64,000 bases of DNA, taken from the human T2T-CHM13v2.0 reference genome, Homo sapiens. Every line of letters begins with the position of its first letter. Within the stretch, counting starts at the first letter, position 1. The DNA lies in NCBI RefSeq assembly GCF_009914755.1, contig NC_060928.1. One strand, 5' to 3'. Of this stretch, positions 12,560 through 24,538 are shown piece after piece. Both the position numbers and the translations under genes were made by a program. The notes beneath the pieces were generated by a model. The model did not search any database. It saw only the letters and a list, made by a program, of their open reading frames with translations, and was not told the DNA's origin.

Positions 12560-13285
12560 CATGTCTCACTTTCAATTGTTTCTCCTCTAGCCTGAACATG
12601 CCCATTGTTCACAGGTCTGTCTTATTTCCAAACCTTTTATCAGTTCAGTTTGCTTTCCTTTGAACTTACTCCAGTTTGTCTTTCTTTTCAAATGTATGAT
12701 ATCCAAAACAGAACACAACACTCAAGTAGGCCTAAATGGAGCAACTCAAAGCAGTAAAAGTGCGTTCTTTCTTCATGCATTCCGCCTAAAATCTAGGTGC
12801 ATTAAAGTCTTTGCCTTTATTGGAAATAGATTTTTTTAAATCCTGCTAAGTTTGTTGCCCACAATCTCTAGCACCAGACAGAGCCTTTGGTACTATTAAA
12901 CTCCCTGTGCGTTAATATGAACAGATGATTCCTTCCTATAATTATTTTATATCTGATTTCAAGCTATTTTTTCCAATCCATTAAAAATCATTCTGTATTA
13001 ATATCTCTCTTCAGTGGTATTTATAATTACTCTTATTTTTTTGGTTGCTTGTAAACAATAATTAAGAATTTTTTTGGTTATCTTTTGGATTGTGTTTCCA
13101 ATTTATAACAACACATCATTGAATCATATGGTGGAGAAGACAGTGTATAATGTACATTTTCTCCAAACATGACATTGGCCTATTAGCAATTATTCTGGTG
13201 CCCAAAAGATCAGAAACAATAGACTATCCATCTTTTAGTAGTTTTCTCTAATCCGTATTTCTCTGGTTTCTCTATAAGAATGCCA
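12560..13285 (-). mobile_element. Ancient L3/CR1 LINE remnant
   Basis: TTCTCCTCTAGCCTGAACATGCCC and TCCAAAACAGAACACAACACTCAAGTAGG resemble the reverse complement of the L3 3' region; heavily diverged. Confidence 0.5.
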
Positions 13286-16200
13286 CCCCCTACTTTTGAA
13301 AAGAGGACAGGTGTTAAATGACAGCTGCACTAGGTCTCTTCTGGCAGTCTCCCAGCCATGAGGGGTCTCCTCCATCCCCTCTCCCACATCCCAATTCCCA
13401 ATTCTCCTCACCTCCTTCGCAGACCATAGACATGTTACGGTTGAAATAGAAAAGGCTATAATACAAATTGAGATATATAATTTTTAATTATCAATAAAGC
13501 ATTTTTATTTGAAAATTTACTAGAAAATGAATGATGACCTTAACATATGTATTCTTCAAGAAGAGTACTACATCTCAAATATTAATTCATGTTATCAAGT
13601 ACATAGGAACAGTTACAAACAATGCAACTCTGAGGTATCACTCAATTTTTATAAAGCTTGAATATATTTTAAGCTAGATTGGGCTTTGGAAAGTAAGAAC
13701 CCTCTGTAGTAAAGATAATAACACCAACATTATTTGGGAATCATATTACTATAAGAACTGTAGGTTTGAGTAAAATAATTTTTTGGAGGAAAATGTTTTT
13801 AGATATAAGAAATTCTCATAAATTTTTTCTATAGGTCATCTAAGAGATATCTATTCTGTGACGATACCTGGTGGTCCAGCTAAACAGTGGGAAAATAAAT
13901 TCATTAATTCTGATCAGGGCTATGTCAACTTACTCAACAATATATCCCTTAAAGCCAAAAGAGAGAACTTAACCAACAGGATTCTGAGGTATTCAGATAT
14001 CAGCGTGAAATTATTTTGAAATCTTATATTTCATCCAAAACATTCATGCAGATTTTGCATTCTGCTCTGTGATATGCCTGTGGTTGTTTTCATATAAAAG
14101 TAATGCTTTGTATTCAATACCAGTAACATTCTTGCCTTTATTATTTTTTCTTTGCTAAAAGTGTGAATCTAAAAATATAAATCACATTTATCCTGTTATT
14201 ATAGGTTATAATCTATTCACTGGTTGATCATTTATCATCTGATTCCTGCTCCAGCATCTGAGTGCTTCTCATGGGTAGGGAGGGCCCAGAACAGTGATTG
14301 GCACCGAATGGGTGCTAAACAAATATATGTTAGGAGAATAAGTTAACCTCATGTGGCACCCTACGCCTCTGGTATAGAAACCTCAAGATGTTTTACACTC
14401 CCATGTGAGATGCAGGAATTTAGAGTGCCTCTGTGATCCAGATTCATCTCTTAATCTTGCAATGACTATATCATCTACCCAATTTGAACAAATTGATACA
14501 AATTATTTAAAATTCCTCTAGCTACATCACAGGACTTCAGATACTTCTCACATAGCCCTAAACACATTGTGCTCATGTCTGTTTGCTTGTCTGTTTTCTT
14601 CATTTAACTGAATGGGGAGGGAGGGAGAGCCTGAGGGCAGAAACTGCTTGTCATTTTTCCTTCTATGCCCATGGAAGGAATGACTGAAGGAATGAATAAC
14701 CTCATCCATGAAGGAATGCATGATTCTGACTCAGAAGTCAGGTAAGAGAAAGTTATTTTTATGTGATTCATGATATGGCCCAATATTTTTAAAGAACCTC
14801 CATAATCTGATCATTTTTCAACCTCATTTCCCTTGCTATAATACACTGATCAACAGAGTATGTGTTTGGTACACAGAAAGAGCACAATAAATGCTAGGTT
14901 ACATCTAAAGTAGTATCTGCATGGCAGCTAGAAGTGCTCAGTAAAGGCTATTCACCATTCCCTTTCTCTATTCGATAGCTTAAAATTGATCTTTTCCAAG
15001 CCTTCCCCACCAAACATACAGGTACCTCTACCCAACTCATTAACTTCAGCTCTTCACCTGTGACTTGCCTACCTGTACTGTGTTCTTCTTCCTCTTCACC
15101 TGTTTTCACACAAAGGCAGCCCAGTTTTCATCTCTTTGCTCTCAAGCTCTCCAGCCTCTTTTATTTTTCTCATCCAAGAATAACTATAGTTGATATAGCA
15201 TAATATATTTAGCAATATATTGTTGCATTGTTCACAGTTCACTATAGGGATTATTAATCTTCTCTCTACAGCATTTTACATTCACTAGGATTGAAATAAT
15301 ATATAGACAGATAACAAGTATTCAGATATATTTTTAACAAATTTATAAATATCTTTTATGGTTCTCGATTTTTTTTCTTAGGCTATTATAGTTCAAAAGC
15401 TAATGAAAACATTATAGAAAAGAAGATTTTAAAAAGTCGCTCCCGTGAAAAATTATTTAAAATTCCTCTAGCTTGCAGACATCCATTTGGCTGCTTATTG
15501 GAATGAAAAGCCAACATGGTTTAGTTAAAGATTGAAATGTTCTCATATTTATTTGATCTGTGGGATCAGTTTTGCAGTTCTGGATGACTTTAAACTTCAT
15601 GGGAGTCATTTTGCAGGAAATTGCAAATTATTCTGCATCAACTTTCTTTGTCTTTTATTCTATGCTGCCCTAACTTAAAAGGCAGTGAGACTCCTTTCTT
15701 GTCCTGAGGGCTGTTGTAAATTGATTTGGAGTGGGGGACTTGGAAGTAAGGGGGACTGCTTCTCACCCTCACATTTAAATTCCTCTTCACTTCTTCAATA
15801 CCTTGTCTGTTCTAATAACAAATGCTTTGAGTTAAATGAATTAGTTTTTATTTTAGAGTATTTAATTTTCTTTATTTAGAGTGTGTTTAGACATTTAAAA
15901 TTTTTAAACATGCTCTTTTTGATACAGTCATAATATCATCATTTATGTATTAGTTATATTGCACAAATACTTTCCAGAAGTTATAGCAATATCCTCTACT
16001 GTTTACTTAGTACTTGTTTCTAAAGAAGATTGAATTAATCTTCTAAAAAAGAACCTCAAGTACCTGTGTTTCTTGTCTGTTATTATACTCATAGCAGATT
16101 GCCAATGTCCTAGAAAGATAAAACGTCCAAACTCCAAAGAAAGAATACAATGTGCTCTTTCCACATGTTGGCCGGCAATAATAGCTGAAGGGTGTAGAAG

Positions 16201-16351
16201 CATGTGAAGATACAATTTCATTTTTCCCAAAGCTTTGTTGGAGGTATAGAAGAAAGTCTAGACATGATACTGGATTAAGAACTAACAACAAGAAGTTAGT
16301 GGATTATAATAGCAGGAAAGAATAATCTTCTGAATACTTTGTTGGGCTTAC

Positions 16352-16481
16352 CTTGTATGTCAAATGTCAGCTCTTTTTTCTGCATATTTTCTGAAGACAA
16401 TAGCATTGTTGATAGTTTTGCCTGAGCATTTGCAAGGATGCTTTGTTGAAACCAGTCTGCCTTTGGCACATGGAGGCAGGA
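16352..16481 (-). other. Candidate 130-nt minus-strand exon
   Basis: Acceptor CATTTCCTTTCTGCTCTTTCAACTGCAG|T and strong donor AAG|GTAAGC; one frame open throughout. Confidence 0.4.
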
Positions 16482-17034
16482 CTGCAGTTGAAAGAGCAGA
16501 AAGGAAATGCCAGGGAAGTTTCTCCAAAACTATAATATTTGTTTACATTTTCGTGTGGGTGAGAGAAATGAAGCCACTTGTTAAGTGACAGAGTATTGAA
16601 AACATACGTCACAAGATGTTACTGCCATAAAAACTTAAAATTTACACTGTTTTATGGAACCTGGCACAAGGTGTACCCACTTTGGGTTACCCATCCTATC
16701 GGGTCTGCTTGGTTGAGGAGGCTTATTAGAAGATTGTGTGATGATGAGAAGAGAAATAAAGAAGCCGAAGGATGACTTTCCCAGAGTTGTACTTTACAAA
16801 CACTTCAGACAAGTTGCCCCAGATCTTTAGAGGGATAAGCCATTCTCCTGTAACCTCTTGCCTTTTTATGCTCTCCTTTCACCATTTCTACAACATAGGC
16901 TCAGGGAAGACAAAGTATATAGATTTCCTTTGAGAATCCTGGCAGAATAAGGTATAATGTTAGGAGCAAAATGTGCTTCGGGGGGGTTTTACATGTGTGA
17001 TACTAGCACTCTACATATAGACTTTTCAAAACTT

Positions 17035-17044
17035 GTCACGTGAC
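17035..17044. promoter_or_regulatory. Perfect GTCACGTGAC palindrome (CLEAR/USF-type E-box)
   Basis: Exact match to the MiT-TFE/USF palindromic motif with intact CpG in a CpG-poor window. Function not shown. Confidence 0.3.
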
Positions 17045-18239
17045 TTTCAGAAACTAACAGCCGTCCAGATGATAAACATTTACCCAGTATGGGACTGTAC
17101 ACCATTCCTTATTTTTAAATTTCATTTCCTATTTTCTGCCTTAGGCTGAAATGGTGATTTTTAAAGTGAATAAGATTCTAATCATAAGTCATCCTTAAAT
17201 ATTATGCGATCTTTTTAAATGCAGAGCGAAGGCAATATCCTGGGTAATTACCTTGGTAGTTCAATTGTCCTCTCTTTGCAAATTGTCTCTAAAAGACAAG
17301 TAAATTTAGTGTGCAGGTGCACTTTGCCTGACCTGTGTATCTCTCTGATCATGATCATTTAACCTACTTATCTGCTTGTGGAATTTCACTGTTTAAAGAT
17401 TATTCTTCTTTCTGTCCAAATGATGTATAGGCATGTTGTACTTTATTAAAGAGTTACCACTTGTCACTGCAAAGCTATCTGCATTCCTATGGTAGTTAAA
17501 ATGATTAGAATAGACTTCGTATTTATAGCTATACAGGTAATACCATAAATAGAAGACATGATGATTATAGTCTCTCTCTTTCATATTTCAGTTGGTCATA
17601 ATTTCCTCAAAACCTTTTTTTTCTGGGCAAAAATTCATACTAGGTACTTTCTTTGCCCCTCTTTCAACATAGTTGAGTTGAATTACATAAGCCATTTGAA
17701 ATTATTCAAATATAAAATAAATGCAATCATTTTTCTCCTAAGAAAATGGTTTTGAACTATATGTCATTCCTTTAACTTAAAGCCAATAGAAGGTATAAAC
17801 TTCAATTTTTGCATGATTATAGTCCTCATGAAGGAAGGAGAACAGAGCCAAGTCTAAAGAATAACAATTAAATATTTTTTTAAATGCTGAAAATTATAGT
17901 TTTATGTCGTTGCATATTTTTAGTTCTGTTAAACCATCTTATTGACTTTATAAGTCATTTCATTTCATGTTTTCAAAGATATAAAGAGGCTGAAATAAGG
18001 CATGGCCAATGAAATGTACCTTAAATACAGAAAAAATATCTAACTCACTTCCTGATTTAAAAATAATTTATTTGGGGCCATTGCAGCTAGACAGTGATGT
18101 TATGATATACATGTGTCTTAGGCTGATAATGCTATATACACTACTAAGAATGGATTCCATAGAAAGAAGAGTCCTCAGGAAATCTAATCAGCTGTTGTTG
18201 AATAGTTGGGGTAAACTGACCAGCAGTTATGGGATAGGA

Positions 18240-18520
18240 AATAAAAGAATTGCTGAAACTTTTCTTGTATCTTAAATGGATAAAGATTAGAAATTTGATT
18301 TTGGAAGCAAAGAAGAAAGAGGAATTGAAGGTGACCCAGGGTTTAATTTAAGATCTGAAAAACTCTGGGTATTGCAATGTCATTCACCCCTGTGAAATGC
18401 AGAAGGGAATTAGGTTTTGAAAGGAAGATGCATTCTCCCTGGACATGATGAGTCTCAGGTCCATATAATATATTGTTGTAGTCACATGTAGACAGCTAGA
18501 AATGTAGAACAGGAACATGC
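18240..18520 (-). mobile_element. L2 remnant
   Basis: GAGGAATTGAAGGTGACCCAGGGTTT..TGGACATGATGAGTCTCAGG..AGACAGCTAGAAATGTAG resembles antisense L2. Confidence 0.55.
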
Positions 18521-18538
18521 GTTAAAAAATCAAATGAA

Positions 18539-18852
<314 letters not shown>

Positions 18853-19749
18853 AAAAACTCAAATGAAATAGAAAATCACAAGCAGAGTTATAGACTAGAA
18901 AGTCCTTAGGACTCTAAGGAGAGTTCTCTGAGGAGGAAGAGGAAGACTTCCACGTGAAGCTGGCGAGGATAGCAGAAGCATCCAACTCTTCCTGCTACCC
19001 TGATGCTTCTCTTCTGTTCGTAGATTCCAAAGAAAATAGAAATTAAATGGACAAAAATGTGTTTTCATGGGGGATATAAATCATTACAAAGTCTAGAAAA
19101 TGTGTTCCACTTGATTCCTCCTTTGTACTTGACCTTGCTTTGTTTTTCTATCTAACATTTCTGTCTGCCATCAAATACATTTACATGTTTATGTGTTTGT
19201 AGTCTGACCTCTCCGTATTAGGTATATAAGAGGATACATAAATCGTGAGGTTCAAGATTTATATGCTTCTATCATAGTATCCTCAGCTCTCAAAAAATAA
19301 TTGTTAAATGAATATAAGTTCCATGACAAAACTTGGAGAAACTTCAGTTAGCTATGAAAGGCATAGAAATTGAAAAGGGGAGTGAGAATCTTCTAAATTC
19401 CCTTTACTCTGGCAAAACATCATTTATGGGCATTCATGAAGGACATTATGGCAAAAGTCAATTTACCTAATCATAGTGGTAAGAGCAGATTAGAGAAAAA
19501 GCAGATGTAGAAGATATGAATGAAGTTGGTGAAGATTCCACATAGAGTGGACACCTGCAGTAGCTGAAAATCTAGTAATGGGGTTTCCACTTGAAGGAAC
19601 AGCTAGAGGAATAGAAAAGTTTCACCTGGGCTACCTTGCAGAGTGGATTGCTGCCCTAGCAAAAACCTGTTACGCTTCTTCCCAACAGTACCACAAACAA
19701 TGAGAAACTGCATCACATGGTTTTCTCCTCCAGGGGGCTAGAATAAAAT

Positions 19750-20180
19750 GAGCAGAAAATTTTTACAATGATAGAGAAAAGTACTAGACCTATCAAAATA
19801 TACAGGAGTCAGCAATTACACCTAAGTATCAAAGGGGACATCACGTTTATGAAACTAAATCTGGTTTCCAATAAAAACATAATATATGATTGGTAAAGGC
19901 TGTACAGTAATAAAAATACACATTTGTGGAATTAAAAGCCATACTGGAGGCTATAGAAAGGATATGAAATACTTGCAAAACTAGAATTAACAAAATAGAA
20001 AGTGAACTAATGATTTTTTTATATTCAGAAGAGAAGAAAATTGATGAATGAGAAAAAGAGAGACATGAAACAGAAGAAAATTGATGAATGAGAAAAAGAG
20101 AGACATAAAACAGATTCAGAAAATACAATTCACATAAGGAAATCCTAAAAAGATTATAAATTAATAAATGTTTTTCAAAA
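19750..20180 (+). mobile_element. Old L1M/HAL1-like ORF1 remnant
   Basis: A-rich segment resembling the ORF1 coiled-coil region (GGAATTAAAAGCCATACTGGAGGC..CAAAACTAGAATTAAC); contains a 40-bp tandem duplication. Confidence 0.45.
20032..20111 (+). repeat. 40-bp tandem duplication, 1 mismatch
   Basis: AGAAGAAAATTGATGAATGAGAAAAAGAGAGACAT(G/A)AAAC twice. Confidence 0.95.
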
Positions 20181-20514
20181 GAAAAAATTATCTATTGATC
20201 TATCTATATCTATGTTTGGTGATCTATTTATCATGTTTTTGTTCTTTTGAAAGCAATTTTATATATATAAAATTATCTATATGTAATTGATGTATAATAT
20301 ATAATTATTATATATTATATATAATATATATAGTAGTGGAATTATATATTCCGACTACTAGTGAAATAAACTTTTAACTTTCAAATCATTACAGCAAAGA
20401 AAATGTATTATATATTACGAGAAGGAAGGGATTTTAAAGTAAAAAGTAGGCGGAAAAAAAGAAGAGAAATGAAAACACAGAGACTGGCTAATATATAACC
20501 TGTAGTGTTTGAGA

Positions 20515-20730
20515 GATATGGTGGCAATGGTAATCATAAACTGTGAGGTGGGGTTAGTCAACCATCAACTCAAGGCAAGTCATCTATGACCCAGAGCCCA
20601 TTGAAGGGGAGGCCAGGACACCTTGGGAAAGACATTACAATGACACAGCTAGTGTATATAGTAGTACTTCCCTTGATTATTCACCAGAGATCTACAGCCA
20701 TTTAACAAAGTCACTCTCCTCTAGGGAAAT
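20515..20730 (+). mobile_element. ERVL-int fragment (gag/pro region)
   Basis: GACCCAGAGCCCATTGAAGGGGAGGCCAGG..CAGAGATCTACAGCCATTTAAC..GGGAAAT resembles HERVL/ERVL internal sequence. Confidence 0.6.
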
Positions 20731-23229
20731 ATGTTCTGATGGAAGCATGCTCAACAAGAAGGCAGTAAACTAAGAAAGAGGAAGACCTGGGAAGTAAAAA
20801 GTAGAAGAGTCATGTAGAAAAATATTGAAAGAAAGTCCCAGAATGAATACTTTGGGTCTTGGCCAAAGCAGGAGAACAAATTATGTAGGACGACCTTTAG
20901 AAACTAAGTAAAGTAATTTGATCATTTGGGAGAAAATATGACTGAAAAGAGTTTTACAGTTCTGATAGGACATCAAGTAAAAAATGTATATGTACATAAT
21001 AAAGTTAGGTATATAACAAAAAACATGAGGTAGTATTTAAGAATAGATTAACATTGTAAAAAATATAATTCACTTCCTGGTGTTATATTAAAATTTGTAT
21101 TTAGTTAAAATAGTTGAATAAATAATTTAACTAAATGTTGATTTTAAAAATACTTGGAAAATAAGGAAAGGTATTATGAATGTGCTACCTGAATTCTCTC
21201 CAATCACATGGAAAGCCATAAATATTTATTAAGGATTTCTTTCAGATTTCAGAAATCAGATTTCTGAAATATACATATATCACAGTTGATTTGTGTATTT
21301 AATGACCTGGCACTTACTCCTTTTCAATATATTGACAAGAGAATTCTGTTTTATAATCAAATAAATGGAACTTAACAAAACGTAAATATTGATAAAAACT
21401 TAAATGTTTGAAATTTTTTAAAAGATTTGCAAAATAATTTTTGCCATAGAAGATAGTAAAACCATATGACATGTCATATAAAAAATAAAAAAATTAATTT
21501 TGAGGAGGAGATAAAGCAAGATGGCTGAATAGCAGCCTCCAGTGATCATGACCCCTGCAGGAACACCAAATTGAATAACTATCCACACAAAAAAGCACAT
21601 TCATAAGAACCGAAAATCAAGTAAATGATCATAGCACCTGATTTAAGATCTTATTAAGGAAGGAGGCACTGAGGAGGTAGGAAAGACAGCCTTGAATTGC
21701 TGCTGCTACCTACCCCTCCCCCCCAACCTCCAAGTGACATGAAGAAAGAGTCTGTGTGCTTAGCGGAGGGAGAGCACAGTGATTGTGGGACTTTGTGCTG
21801 GAACTCAGTGCTGCCCTGTCACAGCAGAAAGCAACACAAGGCAGAACTCTGCCCACCAAGGGAGCATTTAGACCATCCCTGGCCAGAGGCAAAACATCCA
21901 TCCCAGTGGTCAGAACTTAAGTTCTGGCAAGCCCTGCCACCATAAGCTGACGTGTTCTGGGGTCCTAAGTAAATTTGAAAGGCAGTCTAGGCTACAACGG
22001 CTGCAGTTCCGGGGCAAGTTATTGTCCTGTGCTGGGCTCAGAGCCAGTGGACTTGGGGAGCATGCAACCTAGTGAGACATTAACTGGGGTGGCCAAGGGA
22101 GTGCTTGCATCACTCATCTCCCAACCCTGGGAAGTGCAGCTCACAGCTCCAGGAGAGACTCCTTTACTCTGCTTGAGGAGAGAAGAAGGAAGAGTAAAGA
22201 GAACTCTGTCTTGCAACTTGTATACCAGAGTAGCAACAGTAGAATAGGGCACGAGGCAGAGCGCTGAGGCCTTGATTTCAGGCCCTAGCTCCTGGACAAC
22301 ATTTCTAAACTCACCCTGGGCCAGAATGGAAACTGCTCTCTTGAAGGAAAGGACCCGGTCTTGGCAGAATCCATCACATTTTACTAAAGAGCCCTGGGGC
22401 CCTGACTAATCAGCAGTAGTAGCAAGAGAGTACTTGTAACAAGCCTTGGGTGAGACTCAGAGCTGTGCTGGCTTCAGGTGTGAACCAGTACATTCCCCGC
22501 TGTGGTGGCTATGGGGCGAGACCCCATCTGCTTGAGGAAAGGAGAAGGAAGAGTAAAGGGGACTTTGTCTTGCAGCTTGGGTGCTAGCTTGGCCACAGTT
22601 GGGTAGAGCACCAGGTGGGATCCTAGGATCCTTAATTCCAAGCCTTGGCTTCTGGATGGCATTTCTGGACCTGCCCTGGGCCAGAGGGGAGCCCACTTCT
22701 CTGAAGAGAGAACCTCGGGTCTGGCAGCATTCACCACAAGCTGACTGAAGAGCCCTTAGGTCTTGAGTGATCATCAGCAGTAACCAGGTTACTACTTGCC
22801 ACCAGCCTGAGGTGGTAGTGGGCATGGGGAGAGACTCCTCAGCTTGAGGAAAGGAGAGAAAAGAGTGGGAAGGACTTCGTTTCATTCATGGCTTGGGTGC
22901 CAGATCACTCAAAGTAGAATAGAGCACCAGGTAGATTCCTAAGCTTCTTGACTCCAAGGCCTGGCTCATGGATAACATCTTTGGACCCACCTGGGGCCAG
23001 GAGGAACCCTCCACCCAGAAAATAAGGACAAAAGCCTGGCTGCATTTGCCACCTGTTGATTGTAAAGGCCTAAGGCCTTAAGTAAACATAGGTGGTAGCC
23101 AGGCAGTGGTCACTGAGGGCTTTGGGTGAAACCCAGTGCTATGCTGGCTTTACATCTGACCCAGCACAGTCCCAGTAGTGATGACCACAGGGGTACTTGT
23201 GTCATCCGTCTCCCATCTCCAGGAAATTC

Positions 23230-23230
<1 letters not shown>

Positions 23231-23281
<51 letters not shown>
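23231..23281 (+). repeat. Compound (CA)n(GA)n microsatellite inside the L1 5' UTR
   Basis: Read directly. Confidence 0.97.
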
Positions 23282-24214
23282 AGCCAGAGACTCTGTTTGA
23301 GAGGAACTAAGGGAAGAGAACAAGAGAATCTCCCTGGTAATCCAGGGAATTCTGGATCTTACCCAAGGCCACCAAGGCGTTACTTCTACTAGTCTGCAAG
23401 AGCCACAGTATTGCTGAGCTTGGGATGTCCCCTAAAGTAGATATGGCTGTGGTGACCAAAGATCTAGATCACAACACCCAAGTTTCTCTGAATACCTGGA
23501 AAGCCTTCCCATGAAAGATGTGTACAAATAAGCCCAGATTATGAGGACTATAATAAATACCTAACTCTTCAATGCCCAGACACCAACAAATAGCTACAAG
23601 CATCAAGACCATCTAGGAAAACATGACCTCACCAAATAAACTAAATAAGGCACTAGTGACCAATCCAGGAGAGACAGAGATATGTGACCTTTCAGAAAGA
23701 GAAGTCAAAATAGCCATTTTGAGGAAACTCAATGAAATCCAAGATAACACAGAAAAAGAATTCAGAATACTATCAGATAAATTTTGAAAGAGATTGAAAT
23801 AATTAAAAAGAATAAAGCAGAAATTCTGGAGCTGAAAAATGTGATTGGCATTCTGAAGAATGCATCAGAGTCTTTAATAGCAAAATTGATTAAGAAGAAG
23901 AAAAAATTGGTGAGCTTGAAGCCAGGCTACTTGAAAATATAGAACGAGACGAGAAAAAAGAAAAAAGCATACAAAAGAATGGAGCATGCCTACAAAATCT
24001 CAAAATAACCCCAAAAGGGCAAATCTAAGAGCCTTTGGCATTAGGATGGAGGTAGAGAGATAGGTTAGGGTAGAATGTTTATTCAAAGGGATAATAACAA
24101 AGAACTTCCTAAAACTAGAGAAAGATATCAATATTCAAGTACAAGAATGCTATAGAGCACCAAGTAGATTTAACCCAAGAAAGACTACCTCAAGACATTA
24201 ATAATCAAACTCTC

Positions 24215-24521
24215 GGCCGGGCGCAGTGGCTTAAGCCTGTAATCCCAGCACTTTGGGAGGCTGAGGGGGGGTGGATCACGAGGTCAGGAGATCAAGACCA
24301 TCCTGGCTAACACGGTGAAACCCCGTCTCTACTAAAAATACAAAAAAAAAAAAAAATTAGCCAGGTGTGGTGGCGGGCGCCTGTAGTCCCAGCCACTCAG
24401 GAGGCTGAGGCAGGAGAATGGCATGAACCCGGGAGACGGAGCTTGCAGTGAGCCAAGATTGTGCCACGGCACTCCAGCCTGGGCAACAGAGCAAGACTCC
24501 GTCTCAAGAAAAAAAAAAAAA
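24215..24521 (+). mobile_element. AluY
   Basis: Diagnostic GATCACGAGGTCAGGAGATC, CTGGCTAACACGG, GAATGGCATGAACCCGGGAG, GAGCTTGCAG; A15 linker; TSD TAATCAAACTCTC at 24202-24214 and 24526-24538. Confidence 0.97.
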
Positions 24522-24538
24522 TAGTTAATCAAACTCTC

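Noticed and set aside
22170-23100. About 310-360-bp degenerate repeats as a novel array
   Set aside because: They are monomer-like units within the L1MA 5' UTR.
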